Position numbers and translations under genes: made by a program | In this document: positions 28,437-37,435 of the stretch, piece by piece | Numbering within the stretch: the first letter of the stretch is position 1 | Layout: each line of letters starts with the position of its first letter | From: a virus | DNA length: 64,000 nucleotides | Reading direction: 5' to 3' (one strand) | IMG/VR virus record: IMGVR_UViG_3300023235_000012 | Span: 1-64,000 of that record | Notes under the pieces: model-generated | What the model saw: the letters and a program-made list of their open reading frames with translations, nothing else | Told to the model about the DNA's origin: nothing | The model's database searches: none

Positions 28437-28474
28437 CAACCGTTAAGACCCATTACCTTAACGATGAGGAAAAG

Positions 28475-28756
28475 ATGGAAACTATTTTAAAATTCTTTTT
28501 AGTTATAATAGATGGAAATCCTACCATCACTCTTATCGGTATTTTATTCCTAGTTATTTCGGGATTAATTTTTGCAATAAAAAAACTCTGGGACAAGAAT
28601 AAATTTTATGAAACTCATGCTCTTCAACTTACATCTGAATATGTCGAACGGTTAGATAACATGGTTAAAGAATATCTTAGGCAGCAAGAAATTACTGCTG
28701 ATGCTTTGAAAAATGTCCAACTCGTTTTGGCAGAAATTAAAGGAAAGATAAGATAA
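28475..28756 (+). CDS. single-TM coiled-coil protein, putative holin
   Basis: N-terminal TM (ITLIGILFLVISGLIFAI), basic stretch, coiled-coil tail; GAGGA SD. Confidence 0.5.
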   Translation: METILKFFLVIIDGNPTITLIGILFLVISGLIFAIKKLWDKNKFYETHALQLTSEYVERLDNMVKEYLRQQEITADALKNVQLVLAEIKGKIR

Positions 28757-28757
28757 A

Positions 28758-30110
28758 ATGTTATCAAAAGCTGTTACAAAATTCCCAATGATAAATCAAA
28801 ATCAAGATTTATTACGAAGACTAGAAGATAGCAATCAGAATTTAGAAAGATTGGCACTAAAGACAAGAGATATGTCTGATGATTTAGTATCTAATCTCAA
28901 AAATAAGAATAGAGACATTAAAAGACAATTTTTTGAGCTTGCAGCTGTCGTTCAAGATGGTCTAGTGATACTAAACAAAGATGGGATTATCACAGATTTT
29001 AGTCCACCGAGTGTCAAAATCTTTGGCTATTCCAAAGAAGAAGCATTAGGGAAGAAAATTGATCTTTTCTTGGAAAAAGATCTTTTAGAAACATTCAATC
29101 AATTACTAAAAAATATTACTGATCCGAAGATCAGTATGAAAAATGGTTACGCTATTCGAAAAGATGGAAACAAGATCAATATTGAATTTACTGTTTCAAA
29201 ACTTACACTAAATGATGAACCTTATGATTTTATCGTTTTTCGAGACGTGACCAAACAGATCCAATATCAATTAGAAATTGAAACTACGAACAAAGTTCTG
29301 ATTGTTGTTGCCGAATGCTCAAAACTTTGGACAGTAAATGATTGGAGAGATTCAATCGATTTGGGATTAGAGAAATTAGGTTTAGCTATTGATGCATGTG
29401 CTGTCGGCGTTTATGAGATTAAAGGAGAAATCTGTAAACTCCAAAATATTTGGAAATCAGAAGACAATGATTTAGACTTAGAAGAATTCAAAGATGTCGA
29501 AAAAATCAACACTAAATCTTTAAATAAGAAGCTGTTTAAAAAGCAAATCATAACTCTAGATATTGAAAATCAAGACGATGCAAAAATACTCAAAGGGACA
29601 AAGCACAAATCTCTGCTAATTGTTCCAATCATTTCAAATGAAAAATTGTGGGGATATTTCACTGTTCACTTTACAAAAGAACGAAAAGAATGGTTTAGTC
29701 AGGTGATTCATTCAATTGGAACTTTGGCAGATATTTTAGGTTCTGCGTTAGAACGAAAAGGTCGAAAGAAAGAAATTCATATCCTCCAAGAGACTCTTAA
29801 TAATCTATCGGATTCTCTTCTTATCGCTAATTCTGAAGGCGATATTCTTTTTACGAATAGAGCCTTCTGTAAAGAAATTGGAAAAGATTACAAAGACATC
29901 ATCGGAAAGAATTTCTGGAAAGGAAATAAATCACTTCCTGAAGACTTTTGGACGACACTTGAGCAAGGAGAAACTTGGCAAGGTCCAATTAATCTCCAAA
30001 GTGGCAGAGGAAATATGACGACTGATTCGGTTGTTGTTCCAGTCTTGAACGGTAATCGACAAAAGCCATCATATTTCATCGCAATAAAAACTCCTTTTAG
30101 AAGGAATTAA
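28758..30110 (+). CDS. PAS-GAF-PAS sensor protein with no output domain
   Basis: PAS (IFGYSKEEALGK..RKDG..FRDVT), GAF (SLLIVPI..LWG), PAS (FTNRAF..FWTTLEQGETWQG); no kinase/GGDEF. Confidence 0.85.
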   Translation: MLSKAVTKFPMINQNQDLLRRLEDSNQNLERLALKTRDMSDDLVSNLKNKNRDIKRQFFELAAVVQDGLVILNKDGIITDFSPPSVKIFGYSKEEALGKKIDLFLEKDLLETFNQLLKNITDPKISMKNGYAIRKDGNKINIEFTVSKLTLNDEPYDFIVFRDVTKQIQYQLEIETTNKVLIVVAECSKLWTVNDWRDSIDLGLEKLGLAIDACAVGVYEIKGEICKLQNIWKSEDNDLDLEEFKDVEKINTKSLNKKLFKKQIITLDIENQDDAKILKGTKHKSLLIVPIISNEKLWGYFTVHFTKERKEWFSQVIHSIGTLADILGSALERKGRKKEIHILQETLNNLSDSLLIANSEGDILFTNRAFCKEIGKDYKDIIGKNFWKGNKSLPEDFWTTLEQGETWQGPINLQSGRGNMTTDSVVVPVLNGNRQKPSYFIAIKTPFRRN

Positions 30111-30348
30111 AATATAGATCTATTCCTCTAAGAAAAGAGGCTGAATTTTCACTGTTAATCTTGACTTCGAAAGGAAGAACACGTCCATCTTTAAAACCGT
30201 GACGAGCAGTTACTCGACCAGCTACTCGAAGGTGAGATCCGTCGTCATCTGTGATTTGAACAGATGCAGTCCGAAAACCTTCTCGGGTAACTTTGCCTAA
30301 ATTAGCACGGGAAATTTTACCGTTCGGAAGTTTTACTCTTACACTCAT
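30097..30348 (-). CDS. hypothetical protein
   Basis: 83-aa ORF, AGGAG SD. Confidence 0.65.
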   Translation of the reverse strand: MSVRVKLPNGKISRANLGKVTREGFRTASVQITDDDGSHLRVAGRVTARHGFKDGRVLPFEVKINSENSASFLRGIDLYFNSF

Positions 30349-30409
30349 TTTGAACTCCTATTGTTGTAAAATACAATAATAACAAGATCTATAGATCTTT
30401 TCAATAATT

Positions 30410-31264
30410 TTAAAACCACATCGTGTTGATCTGCATTGGCGGTAAGCTTTCTTCTATAAACTTCTTGTCTTTTCGGACAATAGGAAACAGAGCACTATCT
30501 ACCTGATAAGGAAAGATATTATTCCTCTTCGCAAGCTCGTCGGCAATGTCAATAGCAGCTGAACGGAAAGCAGTGACTTCAGCAGACGATGGATCTAGCA
30601 GCTTTTTGTTGATCAGCTTGGCTTTGAAATCATCATCGATCTCTATCAAGCCAAAATACTCAAAGATTCTCGGCATCTGATAATCTGAGGGAATCGGAAG
30701 CGGATTTTTAACCCGATGACCCATATAAGACAACCATTCAGAAGCGAACAATAAAACCAACAGAGCCTTCTTCTTTAAGGGATCTTCACCAAACGATTCT
30801 GGATAAATTTCAATCAATTTATCAAGCTCTGTTCTTCCGAAGAAGAAACTTTTAGTAATCAGACCCTCACCTATGATGGTATTATATAATTTTCTTTTCT
30901 TCACAGGATCCATGAATTCCTTGATAATAGCTTTCCTTTTTTCCAGGTAAGGCTGGCCTTCCATGGTTTCGAAAACCTTTTCATCGAGGGCAGGGAACAT
31001 TTTTTTGTTTCGAAGATCGTTGATCCAGGAATTAACAGCTTCAGATCCTGAACCATTCTTTTCCCATTTCCAAATTTTTCCGTCTCTTTCTTCAAAGAAC
31101 CCACCTTGCATCGCTGCGTTAAAGGCGAAAGAAAAAGGCATTTCAAAAACAGTGACTGAATCACCTAAGATCCACGACCAGGCAACCGGCAGCGGTGCTT
31201 TATTTTTAAAATATTCATCCAGAATTCCAATTCGATCTAAATTTATCATCTTAATACCTGCCAC
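30410..31264 (-). CDS. queuosine salvage (DUF2419/QNG1)-like protein
   Basis: DPLKKKALL, PSDYQMPRIFEYFGLI, EVTAFRSA, VDSALF. Confidence 0.7.
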   Translation of the reverse strand: MAGIKMINLDRIGILDEYFKNKAPLPVAWSWILGDSVTVFEMPFSFAFNAAMQGGFFEERDGKIWKWEKNGSGSEAVNSWINDLRNKKMFPALDEKVFETMEGQPYLEKRKAIIKEFMDPVKKRKLYNTIIGEGLITKSFFFGRTELDKLIEIYPESFGEDPLKKKALLVLLFASEWLSYMGHRVKNPLPIPSDYQMPRIFEYFGLIEIDDDFKAKLINKKLLDPSSAEVTAFRSAAIDIADELAKRNNIFPYQVDSALFPIVRKDKKFIEESLPPMQINTMWF

Positions 31265-31767
31265 ATTTCCGAAACGTATTTTGCTTGATAAATCGCATCA
31301 TCAAGAGCATCATGTTGAACACCTTCAAAAGAAATTTGGTCTTTTTCTAGAATCCCTCGAGCCATATGAACTACGGTACGAACATCACGTGTATTCCAAA
31401 ATTTCCATGGTGCTTGATCTCGACCATAAGCATTTTCCAAGATTGTGATATCAAATGTTGAACCATTTCCCCACACGTATGGATTAGCCCATCCACAAAA
31501 ATTTGAAAGATCCCTCAAGGCAGTCTCGACTGGAACCGTCGGTAAATTGAGAAGTCGTTCAATGGCTGATGGTTCTTGCGCAAACCACCATCGCAATGTA
31601 TCACCCGAAACCGTTCCGCGTTTAATGGCATCATTCCAATCTATACCGATATGGAATTTGTCTCCGATTTCACCTGTTTCTGGATCAAAGAAACACGCAC
31701 CGATAGAAATAATGGCTGCGCGAGGACCAGTGTCAAACGTCTCCAAATCAATCATGACGTGTCGCAT
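31246..31767 (-). CDS. DEDDh 3'-5' exonuclease
   Basis: MIDLET, WGNGSTFD, RDVRT, HDALDDA. Confidence 0.9.
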   Translation of the reverse strand: MRHVMIDLETFDTGPRAAIISIGACFFDPETGEIGDKFHIGIDWNDAIKRGTVSGDTLRWWFAQEPSAIERLLNLPTVPVETALRDLSNFCGWANPYVWGNGSTFDITILENAYGRDQAPWKFWNTRDVRTVVHMARGILEKDQISFEGVQHDALDDAIYQAKYVSEMWQVLR

Positions 31768-32033
31768 TATAATAACTCCTTTTTCATTTTTTGGATTTGA
31801 CCGAAAGTACACTCTCCGTGAATCTCAATCTCTTCTTCTGTTTCAATCCAAAGCTTCGCACCACAGCTTAATGGATTGTCAGAATCATAAATCATTCTAC
31901 TTGGACCTTTGATGTCGATCGAATTACCATATCAAACTTTGGATCCTTCTTGTACTCTACATACTGGCAACTTCGTACCATTTTTCGAATTATATTGAAT
32001 CACGTTCTTATTGATGTGTATTAATTTCTTCAT
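31767..32033 (-). pseudogene. phage gene with one in-frame TGA at codon 34
   Basis: MKKLIHINKNVI...SKV[TGA 31932-31934]YG...PLSCGAKLWIET...ELL*; TAATG-coupled to next gene. Confidence 0.65.
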
Positions 32034-32043
32034 TGTTTTCCTC

Positions 32044-32304
32044 TTAAAAACACGGATCGCCACAGTTTTCGCACCATCCGCTCATGTTTCGTTTTTCATT
32101 CGCGCAGCAAGGATACTTTCCCTTGGCGTGTCCGAGTTTCTTAATATGAGCCCATAACCATTCTGGTCTTTTTTCATTTCTACATTCAAGATCAAGTGCA
32201 AAAGAATGAACTAATTTTGAATATTCAGCATGTGTCAATGTAAATGTGACGTCATCGATTAAAACATCAAGGTTAGTCGTCCAATCGTTTGAATATTCAA
32301 CCAT
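32044..32304 (-). CDS. hypothetical protein with C-terminal Cys cluster
   Basis: CC...CENCGDPC. Confidence 0.55.
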   Translation of the reverse strand: MVEYSNDWTTNLDVLIDDVTFTLTHAEYSKLVHSFALDLECRNEKRPEWLWAHIKKLGHAKGKYPCCANEKRNMSGWCENCGDPCF

Positions 32305-32731
32305 TCATCTTTTCCTTAACAAATGTTCCAGCGAGCTTCATGTCGATGGAAGAGCCATGCTCTTTCTTTAAATAGCCCATCACCTTGCCCATATCTTTAA
32401 TAGATGAGGGGTTGGTCGCTTTGATAGCTTGCTCTACTATCTTAAAGGTTTCTTTCTCATCCATCTGCTTTGGCAGGAAACCCTCGAGAACGCTGATTTC
32501 AAAATCAGGCTCATCTGTCGACCGACCGGCCTGATCCAAGAGATCACGGTTTCCAAGAGCTCCTTTCATGAACTTTTCTGCGAGCTTATGGACGTCTTCA
32601 TCTGTCGCTTCTCGGTTATTGTCGTCTTTTGCTTTGGTCTTGACTTCAGAAAGCAAGGTGCTAAGAAGAATTGCTTCTCTACTCTTGTTCTTCCTTGCTT
32701 GGATACTTCTTTTCTTTAGTTCTTCAAACAT
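32297..32731 (-). CDS. GatB/YqeY domain protein
   Basis: EISVLEGFLPKQM, KDMGKVMGYLK. Confidence 0.88.
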   Translation of the reverse strand: MFEELKKRSIQARKNKSREAILLSTLLSEVKTKAKDDNNREATDEDVHKLAEKFMKGALGNRDLLDQAGRSTDEPDFEISVLEGFLPKQMDEKETFKIVEQAIKATNPSSIKDMGKVMGYLKKEHGSSIDMKLAGTFVKEKMNG

Positions 32732-33023
32732 CTTTTCTTTCTCCATCAACCCAGACACCATCGTCTGTTACTTTTATTCTTTGTCCTTGGTGCTTCATCC
32801 CGTTTATTGTTGTGGAAGCTTTTCCATCGTTTGAGTTCTGCTCGACACTGAACAGATCAAACTTGTGGTCATGAAAGACCGCGTTTTTTACTGTCGGCGG
32901 CAAATCCGGGTGCCAAACATTGAGTCGAAGGTTCTTGGTAAGATAGAGCTGAACGAAACCAACACCATGGAACCGAGGTTTGTGTTCTCGTGTCCGCAAA
33001 AAATTATAATCGGCTTGTGTCAT
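32724..33023 (-). CDS. chimeric ORF: cupin-like N-terminus fused to an unrelated tail
   Basis: HGVGFVQL..RLNVWHP..FHDHKFD then abrupt change of sequence character. Confidence 0.45.
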   Translation of the reverse strand: MTQADYNFLRTREHKPRFHGVGFVQLYLTKNLRLNVWHPDLPPTVKNAVFHDHKFDLFSVEQNSNDGKASTTINGMKHQGQRIKVTDDGVWVDGERKDV

Positions 33024-34204
33024 TAGGCGAGCTCCGTCCCTCCTTTTCTCAACAAATATTTCGGACTGACGAATTTCAATTGAACTCGGCCGATAGTGTC
33101 ATCTTGACGCTCTTCTTTAGGGCGGATGACGATACCTTCACGAATGTTCGAACCACTAAAATCTTTTCCATCTCGGATTTCTGTCATCTTCTCCATAGAA
33201 AATGGTCCGCTATACAGAATAGGAACTGTCTCAATTTTCAAGCTATTAGCAAGGAAATGTAAATCAATTGGATCTAGATAACGTCCTTGGCCCGGCTTTC
33301 CAACATAAACATCAAACAATCTAAATTCAGGCATTGAGGTTCCGTAAACTAAATCCTGAACACCTCTACCGAAAACTTCTCCGAGCAGATAGATCGGCTC
33401 CGCTCGATCTGAAAGGTTAATCAGACGTTCAAGAAGATCGAAACCTTGTTCATCTCTTGAACGTTCAAGAACCTGAAGGTAAAGATTCTTTGTCATGTTT
33501 TCTTCATCCATTTCGAACGCTAAACCGCGAGCCGATAGTCCTTTACTGGAAACCACCTTGACTGCACTTGAATCTTCGTTCGGATAGAAACCATAACAGC
33601 ACCAGGTTCCGTGAAGCTTTTCTGTTACACTGACACATTCATCTTCTTTGAAGACATTGGGATAACGTTGAATGTTTTCAATGTCATATTTCAACGTCTT
33701 TCCAGATGCATTCCAAACCTTCCCAGACATTGAGGCAGGGATTGGAGGCTCATATTTGGTGACACCAAGCAAGTCAGAAACATCAACTCCAATTGCTTCT
33801 TCAAAGGCATTTTTCCCCTCAGCAATAATATATCTCTGATCAGATCCCTGAACCGTAACAAAATGATAATCATCTTCTGTTTCAATGATTACAGGCATCA
33901 AAATTCCCTGTGAAAATATTCCCCTTAATTTGATGGCCTTTACCCGATCACCTCTGGATCCAGCGAGACCACCTTTGCCTTTTTCTTCGTCCCAGAAACC
34001 CATTTTTTTCAAGAGCCATTCAGGTACTAGAGCCTGTTCTGGAATATAAACGACCAGATCATCTTTCTGATAGCGCCATGATCCATCTTCTTTCTTATTG
34101 GCGATACAATTATACCCACCAATCTTGACAATGGTCAAGCGATCTGCATCGGGATGTTCAACGACATCATCGATCCGAACCACATTAACTTCAAATTCAG
34201 CCAT
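33023..34204 (-). CDS. RNA ligase, DRB0094/Rnl5 family
   Basis: N-terminal OB (HPDADRL, LRGIFSQG), TEKLHGT, GEVFG, REGIVIRP, QLKFVS. Confidence 0.92.
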   Translation of the reverse strand: MAEFEVNVVRIDDVVEHPDADRLTIVKIGGYNCIANKKEDGSWRYQKDDLVVYIPEQALVPEWLLKKMGFWDEEKGKGGLAGSRGDRVKAIKLRGIFSQGILMPVIIETEDDYHFVTVQGSDQRYIIAEGKNAFEEAIGVDVSDLLGVTKYEPPIPASMSGKVWNASGKTLKYDIENIQRYPNVFKEDECVSVTEKLHGTWCCYGFYPNEDSSAVKVVSSKGLSARGLAFEMDEENMTKNLYLQVLERSRDEQGFDLLERLINLSDRAEPIYLLGEVFGRGVQDLVYGTSMPEFRLFDVYVGKPGQGRYLDPIDLHFLANSLKIETVPILYSGPFSMEKMTEIRDGKDFSGSNIREGIVIRPKEERQDDTIGRVQLKFVSPKYLLRKGGTELA

Positions 34205-34408
34205 TTTCTTTATCCCTCATTTCATTGATTTGGATTGCTTTTGTCAAAAAACCTGATGGATCATTGCATGGGCAAAAAGAAATGCTTCCCGAAGTAGAAT
34301 CTCTCAAAAAGAATCCAGTTTCGGTTGCTAGAAAATGAGTGTAGTCATCAAACCAATTCCATTTCTTTGCCCAGAATTGTCCTTTTTTTGTCACGTCGCG
34401 ATCAACCA

Positions 34409-34855
34409 TTATTTTTCTTCTTTCAAATTTCGAACAGTCAGTTCTTTTCCAATCATTTCAGCTAAGTCTTTCAGCTTTTTCATATTGGAATGATTGAACT
34501 CATAACCTTCAGCTTCTATCCCATCAACCCACATTCCAAGCCTGAGCCATCCTTGTTCATAAGCTTTCAGTGTGATTCCTCGGCGTGCTTCATCTCTTGC
34601 CGGCTCATGATAGATTTCAAAAATGTGCCACGCTGGATGTTCGTCTGGCGTATCTTCATTCCAATGATCGTACTCATAGTCAACCCTATCAATCTCACTT
34701 AGAAGATCGCCAACGCCATCCAGAAATTCTGACACTGTATCACAATGTTCGTAAATTTCACACGAGATTAGCTGCCCTTTGGGACTCAGCCATCCGCCTC
34801 CTTTTTCGTTAAACTCTTTGATCTCTTTTTCAAGAATGTCCATCTCAAAATCCAA
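34409..34855 (-). CDS. hypothetical protein
   Basis: GWLSPKG..C..YEH, GWLR motifs; TTG start. Confidence 0.6.
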   Translation of the reverse strand: MDFEMDILEKEIKEFNEKGGGWLSPKGQLISCEIYEHCDTVSEFLDGVGDLLSEIDRVDYEYDHWNEDTPDEHPAWHIFEIYHEPARDEARRGITLKAYEQGWLRLGMWVDGIEAEGYEFNHSNMKKLKDLAEMIGKELTVRNLKEEK

Positions 34856-34991
34856 TCTTCTTAATTCTTAATTACTTTAACACGCTTACTATCACATGTC
34901 AAGAAAAATCATTAAGTCTTTCCAGCTTCTAGAAAAACAACCGAAGGGATCAAATTTTTGACTTCATCGTTTAGTTCTGTTTTAAATTTCA

Positions 34992-35240
34992 TCATGATTT
35001 TTCTTTCTGATGTTTTGTACATAAGGCTTGATAGAATCCATTTTTTGCGTAGATCTTACCGTGATCACCACAGATTTCACATGTTCTCCTTGATAGATCT
35101 CCAATAACAGTGATGTATTCGCCGAGTTTTCCTTTATTCATAAAACCCTCGTCAGTTAGCGGTTCGGGATGATGAACATAGAATCTAAGTGATCCAAACT
35201 TTTCCTTTACCTGGCGAACATTCAAGAGAGCTATGTCCAA
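34992..35240 (-). CDS. hypothetical zinc-ribbon protein
   Basis: QVKEKFGSLRFY..CEICG..LCTKH. Confidence 0.65.
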   Translation of the reverse strand: MDIALLNVRQVKEKFGSLRFYVHHPEPLTDEGFMNKGKLGEYITVIGDLSRRTCEICGDHGKIYAKNGFYQALCTKHQKEKS

Positions 35241-35322
35241 ATCTCCGCTTAAACTAAATCCAATCTTCCGATTACTGCAATCATTCCTGCGAGAGTACCG
35301 GTCAAAATAACGTTCTTCATTT

Positions 35323-36198
35323 TCACATCTTCTTTACAATTTTTTGATCAACAGCTGACCAAAACTTTTCAACAAAATCGTCTTCATACATGAATAATAT
35401 TTCATCGTAATTTTCCCAGGCGAAATTCCGAAACCATCCCGATGTGATGCTAGTGCAGACCTTTTTCAATGCAATCTCAAAGCTCTTTTTCGGAGGAATC
35501 TTTTCTCCATATGGAATCTGAGATCGTTCAAGGGCTAGAACGTACGACTCTTCAAGAACTCCACGGAGCCTCATGTAGTTTGAAAGATCAAAAAAGAGTT
35601 CTTCACTGCTTTGAACTTCAGCACCAGGTTTCATATAATAATGATAGGCTGGTTTATCAAAGACCTTCATTGCTTCATGAATGCTATCATGATCATATAC
35701 ATATTCTATGGTGTCCGTGAAGAAATCCTTCTTGGATTTCTTCAGATTAGGATGTTCGTAGTAATACGTTTCTTTCTTGCGTCGTTGATACCATGCTTGA
35801 TATTCAGTATGGATGGTTATACCTAATGAGCGCATTAGATGAATATCTTTCATCGTTTTAAGAAAAGCTGGGCTGTTTCTCAAAAAACGATGACTCATCT
35901 TTAGAGCATAGAGACCATTGAGACTTGCGTATTTACTGTTTCCAAAATTTCTTTTTTCAAGTTGTATGAACTCCTCGGCTGTCGAACCTTCCCAAGCTAT
36001 TTCAGCCTCGAAAATAGTTGTCCCTTTGAAAGCAACGATCTTCTTACCTTCATTAATGGGATAGCATTTATACAACTCTCCAGGAGACGATTTGATGAAA
36101 TCCATGCATTCATCGTAAGTCCCCATGATATCAATATCACGAGGAGTACGATTAATATCGCAGTAATTTCGAAGTGCATCAGATCCGACAATAAGCAC
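35323..36198 (-). CDS. putative nucleotidyltransferase (Pol-beta-like) with uncharacterised C-terminal domain
   Basis: IVGS.A..PRDIDI, FEAE, LYALKMSH; C-terminal HDSIHE and ESYVLALER. Confidence 0.72.
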   Translation of the reverse strand: MLIVGSDALRNYCDINRTPRDIDIMGTYDECMDFIKSSPGELYKCYPINEGKKIVAFKGTTIFEAEIAWEGSTAEEFIQLEKRNFGNSKYASLNGLYALKMSHRFLRNSPAFLKTMKDIHLMRSLGITIHTEYQAWYQRRKKETYYYEHPNLKKSKKDFFTDTIEYVYDHDSIHEAMKVFDKPAYHYYMKPGAEVQSSEELFFDLSNYMRLRGVLEESYVLALERSQIPYGEKIPPKKSFEIALKKVCTSITSGWFRNFAWENYDEILFMYEDDFVEKFWSAVDQKIVKKM

Positions 36199-36212
36199 GA
36201 TTTATTCCTTTC

Positions 36213-36464
36213 TTAGGAAGTACAGCCTGAATCGTCCCAGTCACTGGTTTCCCAGTCTGCTTCTTCATCATCGTCTTCATCGATCGAACAAACCGAATCA
36301 TTCCAATTGTTAACTCTAGCTGTTCTACTTTCTTTGAAGCTTTTAGGCACTTCAAAGATAAATGGAATGTTTTCTTCTTGGGCGAGTTTTGTCGCTTTGT
36401 TCAATGCTTCCGTGGCAATCCTTGAAAGTTCTTCAATCTTTGCCAAATCTTCACGCGATGCCAT
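36213..36464 (-). CDS. small acidic protein with repeated W-x-x-S motifs (paralog A)
   Basis: Helical N-terminus then WNDSVC, WETSDW, WDDSGC; 14 bp upstream of the NTase. Confidence 0.72.
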   Translation of the reverse strand: MASREDLAKIEELSRIATEALNKATKLAQEENIPFIFEVPKSFKESRTARVNNWNDSVCSIDEDDDEEADWETSDWDDSGCTS

Positions 36465-36514
36465 TTCTAATTCTTTCTCTATAAATCATTCTTAGTATGA
36501 TGATCAATATCACC

Positions 36515-36676
36515 TTAAAGTTCTAATTCTGCGGCGTTCCATCCTTCGATCCAAGGATAGAATTGTGGGTGATCTTCTGGGTAAGGACAGTAATCTTTGT
36601 TGAGTCCCTCACAGAAAGCAGTACGACCTTCCCAAAAAGCGTTGTCATCTTCGACTTCTACATAACCGCTCGACAT
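36515..36676 (-). CDS. ribosome modulation factor (Rmf)-like peptide, 53 aa
   Basis: AFWEGRTAFCEG..CPY..WIEGW pattern; AAAGGA SD; below ORF-track cutoff. Confidence 0.72.
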   Translation of the reverse strand: MSSGYVEVEDDNAFWEGRTAFCEGLNKDYCPYPEDHPQFYPWIEGWNAAELEL

Positions 36677-36703
36677 AACAAATCCTTTCCTTTATTATCC
36701 TTT

Positions 36704-36732
36704 ATTTTAACACCTATTTAGACAGAAGTCAA
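36704..36732 (-). promoter_or_regulatory. sigma70-like early promoter
   Basis: TTGACT-N17-TAAAAT with TG extension, upstream of Rmf-like gene. Confidence 0.6.
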
Positions 36733-36839
36733 GTTCTTTTTGGTTTTATTCGACGTAACAAGATATTCCGTGCTTTTATTGAAAAGCAGTCAAAATTTCT
36801 TCCTATAGAATCATTTATATTCCACTAATTCTTCAAGAC

Positions 36840-37082
36840 TTAACAACCCTGTGAAGAAGGATTCCAGAAACCTTGGCCGTCTTCGGCATCTGTATAGTCT
36901 TCATCGAATATTTCGTCACGTTCTGGATGATTGGCGCCAATATAATAGCCACCCATTCCATAAGCCGGATAAAATGAGAATTCGAGCCCATTTTCATCGG
37001 CGAAATTTTCAGCCTTTTTCAGGGCGGTGGATGCTGCTTTTACCAGTGCACTCAATTCTGCTACTTTTTCTTTGTCAGTCAT
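36840..37082 (-). CDS. small acidic protein ending WNPSSQGC (paralog B)
   Basis: ELS..A..AL.KA...A.E....F.F helix shared with 36213..36464. Confidence 0.75.
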   Translation of the reverse strand: MTDKEKVAELSALVKAASTALKKAENFADENGLEFSFYPAYGMGGYYIGANHPERDEIFDEDYTDAEDGQGFWNPSSQGC

Positions 37083-37398
37083 TTGTTTCTTCCTTGTCTG
37101 TTAATTTGATTTGAAGTTCCTTCACTTCTCTTTCTAATCTTTCTGTCTTCTTCTTAGCCTTTTCGAGCTCTTCTTCTAGCAACTCGGTGTGGCTAACGGC
37201 ACCGGCTTTAACAATCTTGAGTTCAATCAATAATTCTCGAAACTTTCCTTTCCATTTTCGAAGATCTTCAAGCATTTCATTATTTGCTTCAATCAATTCT
37301 TTTGCTCTTTGTGAACTTAATTTCTTCACGGAAGCTAATTCTTCAGAAGGAGTCAATAAATGTTCCACTTTTTGTTCTTCTTTCTTCTTACCAAACAT
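37075..37398 (-). CDS. coiled-coil hypothetical protein
   Basis: K/E-rich heptads. Confidence 0.6.
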   Translation of the reverse strand: MFGKKKEEQKVEHLLTPSEELASVKKLSSQRAKELIEANNEMLEDLRKWKGKFRELLIELKIVKAGAVSHTELLEEELEKAKKKTERLEREVKELQIKLTDKEETND

Positions 37399-37435
37399 CT
37401 TTTCTTGTCCTGTTCTATTTCTTGTTCAGAAATAT

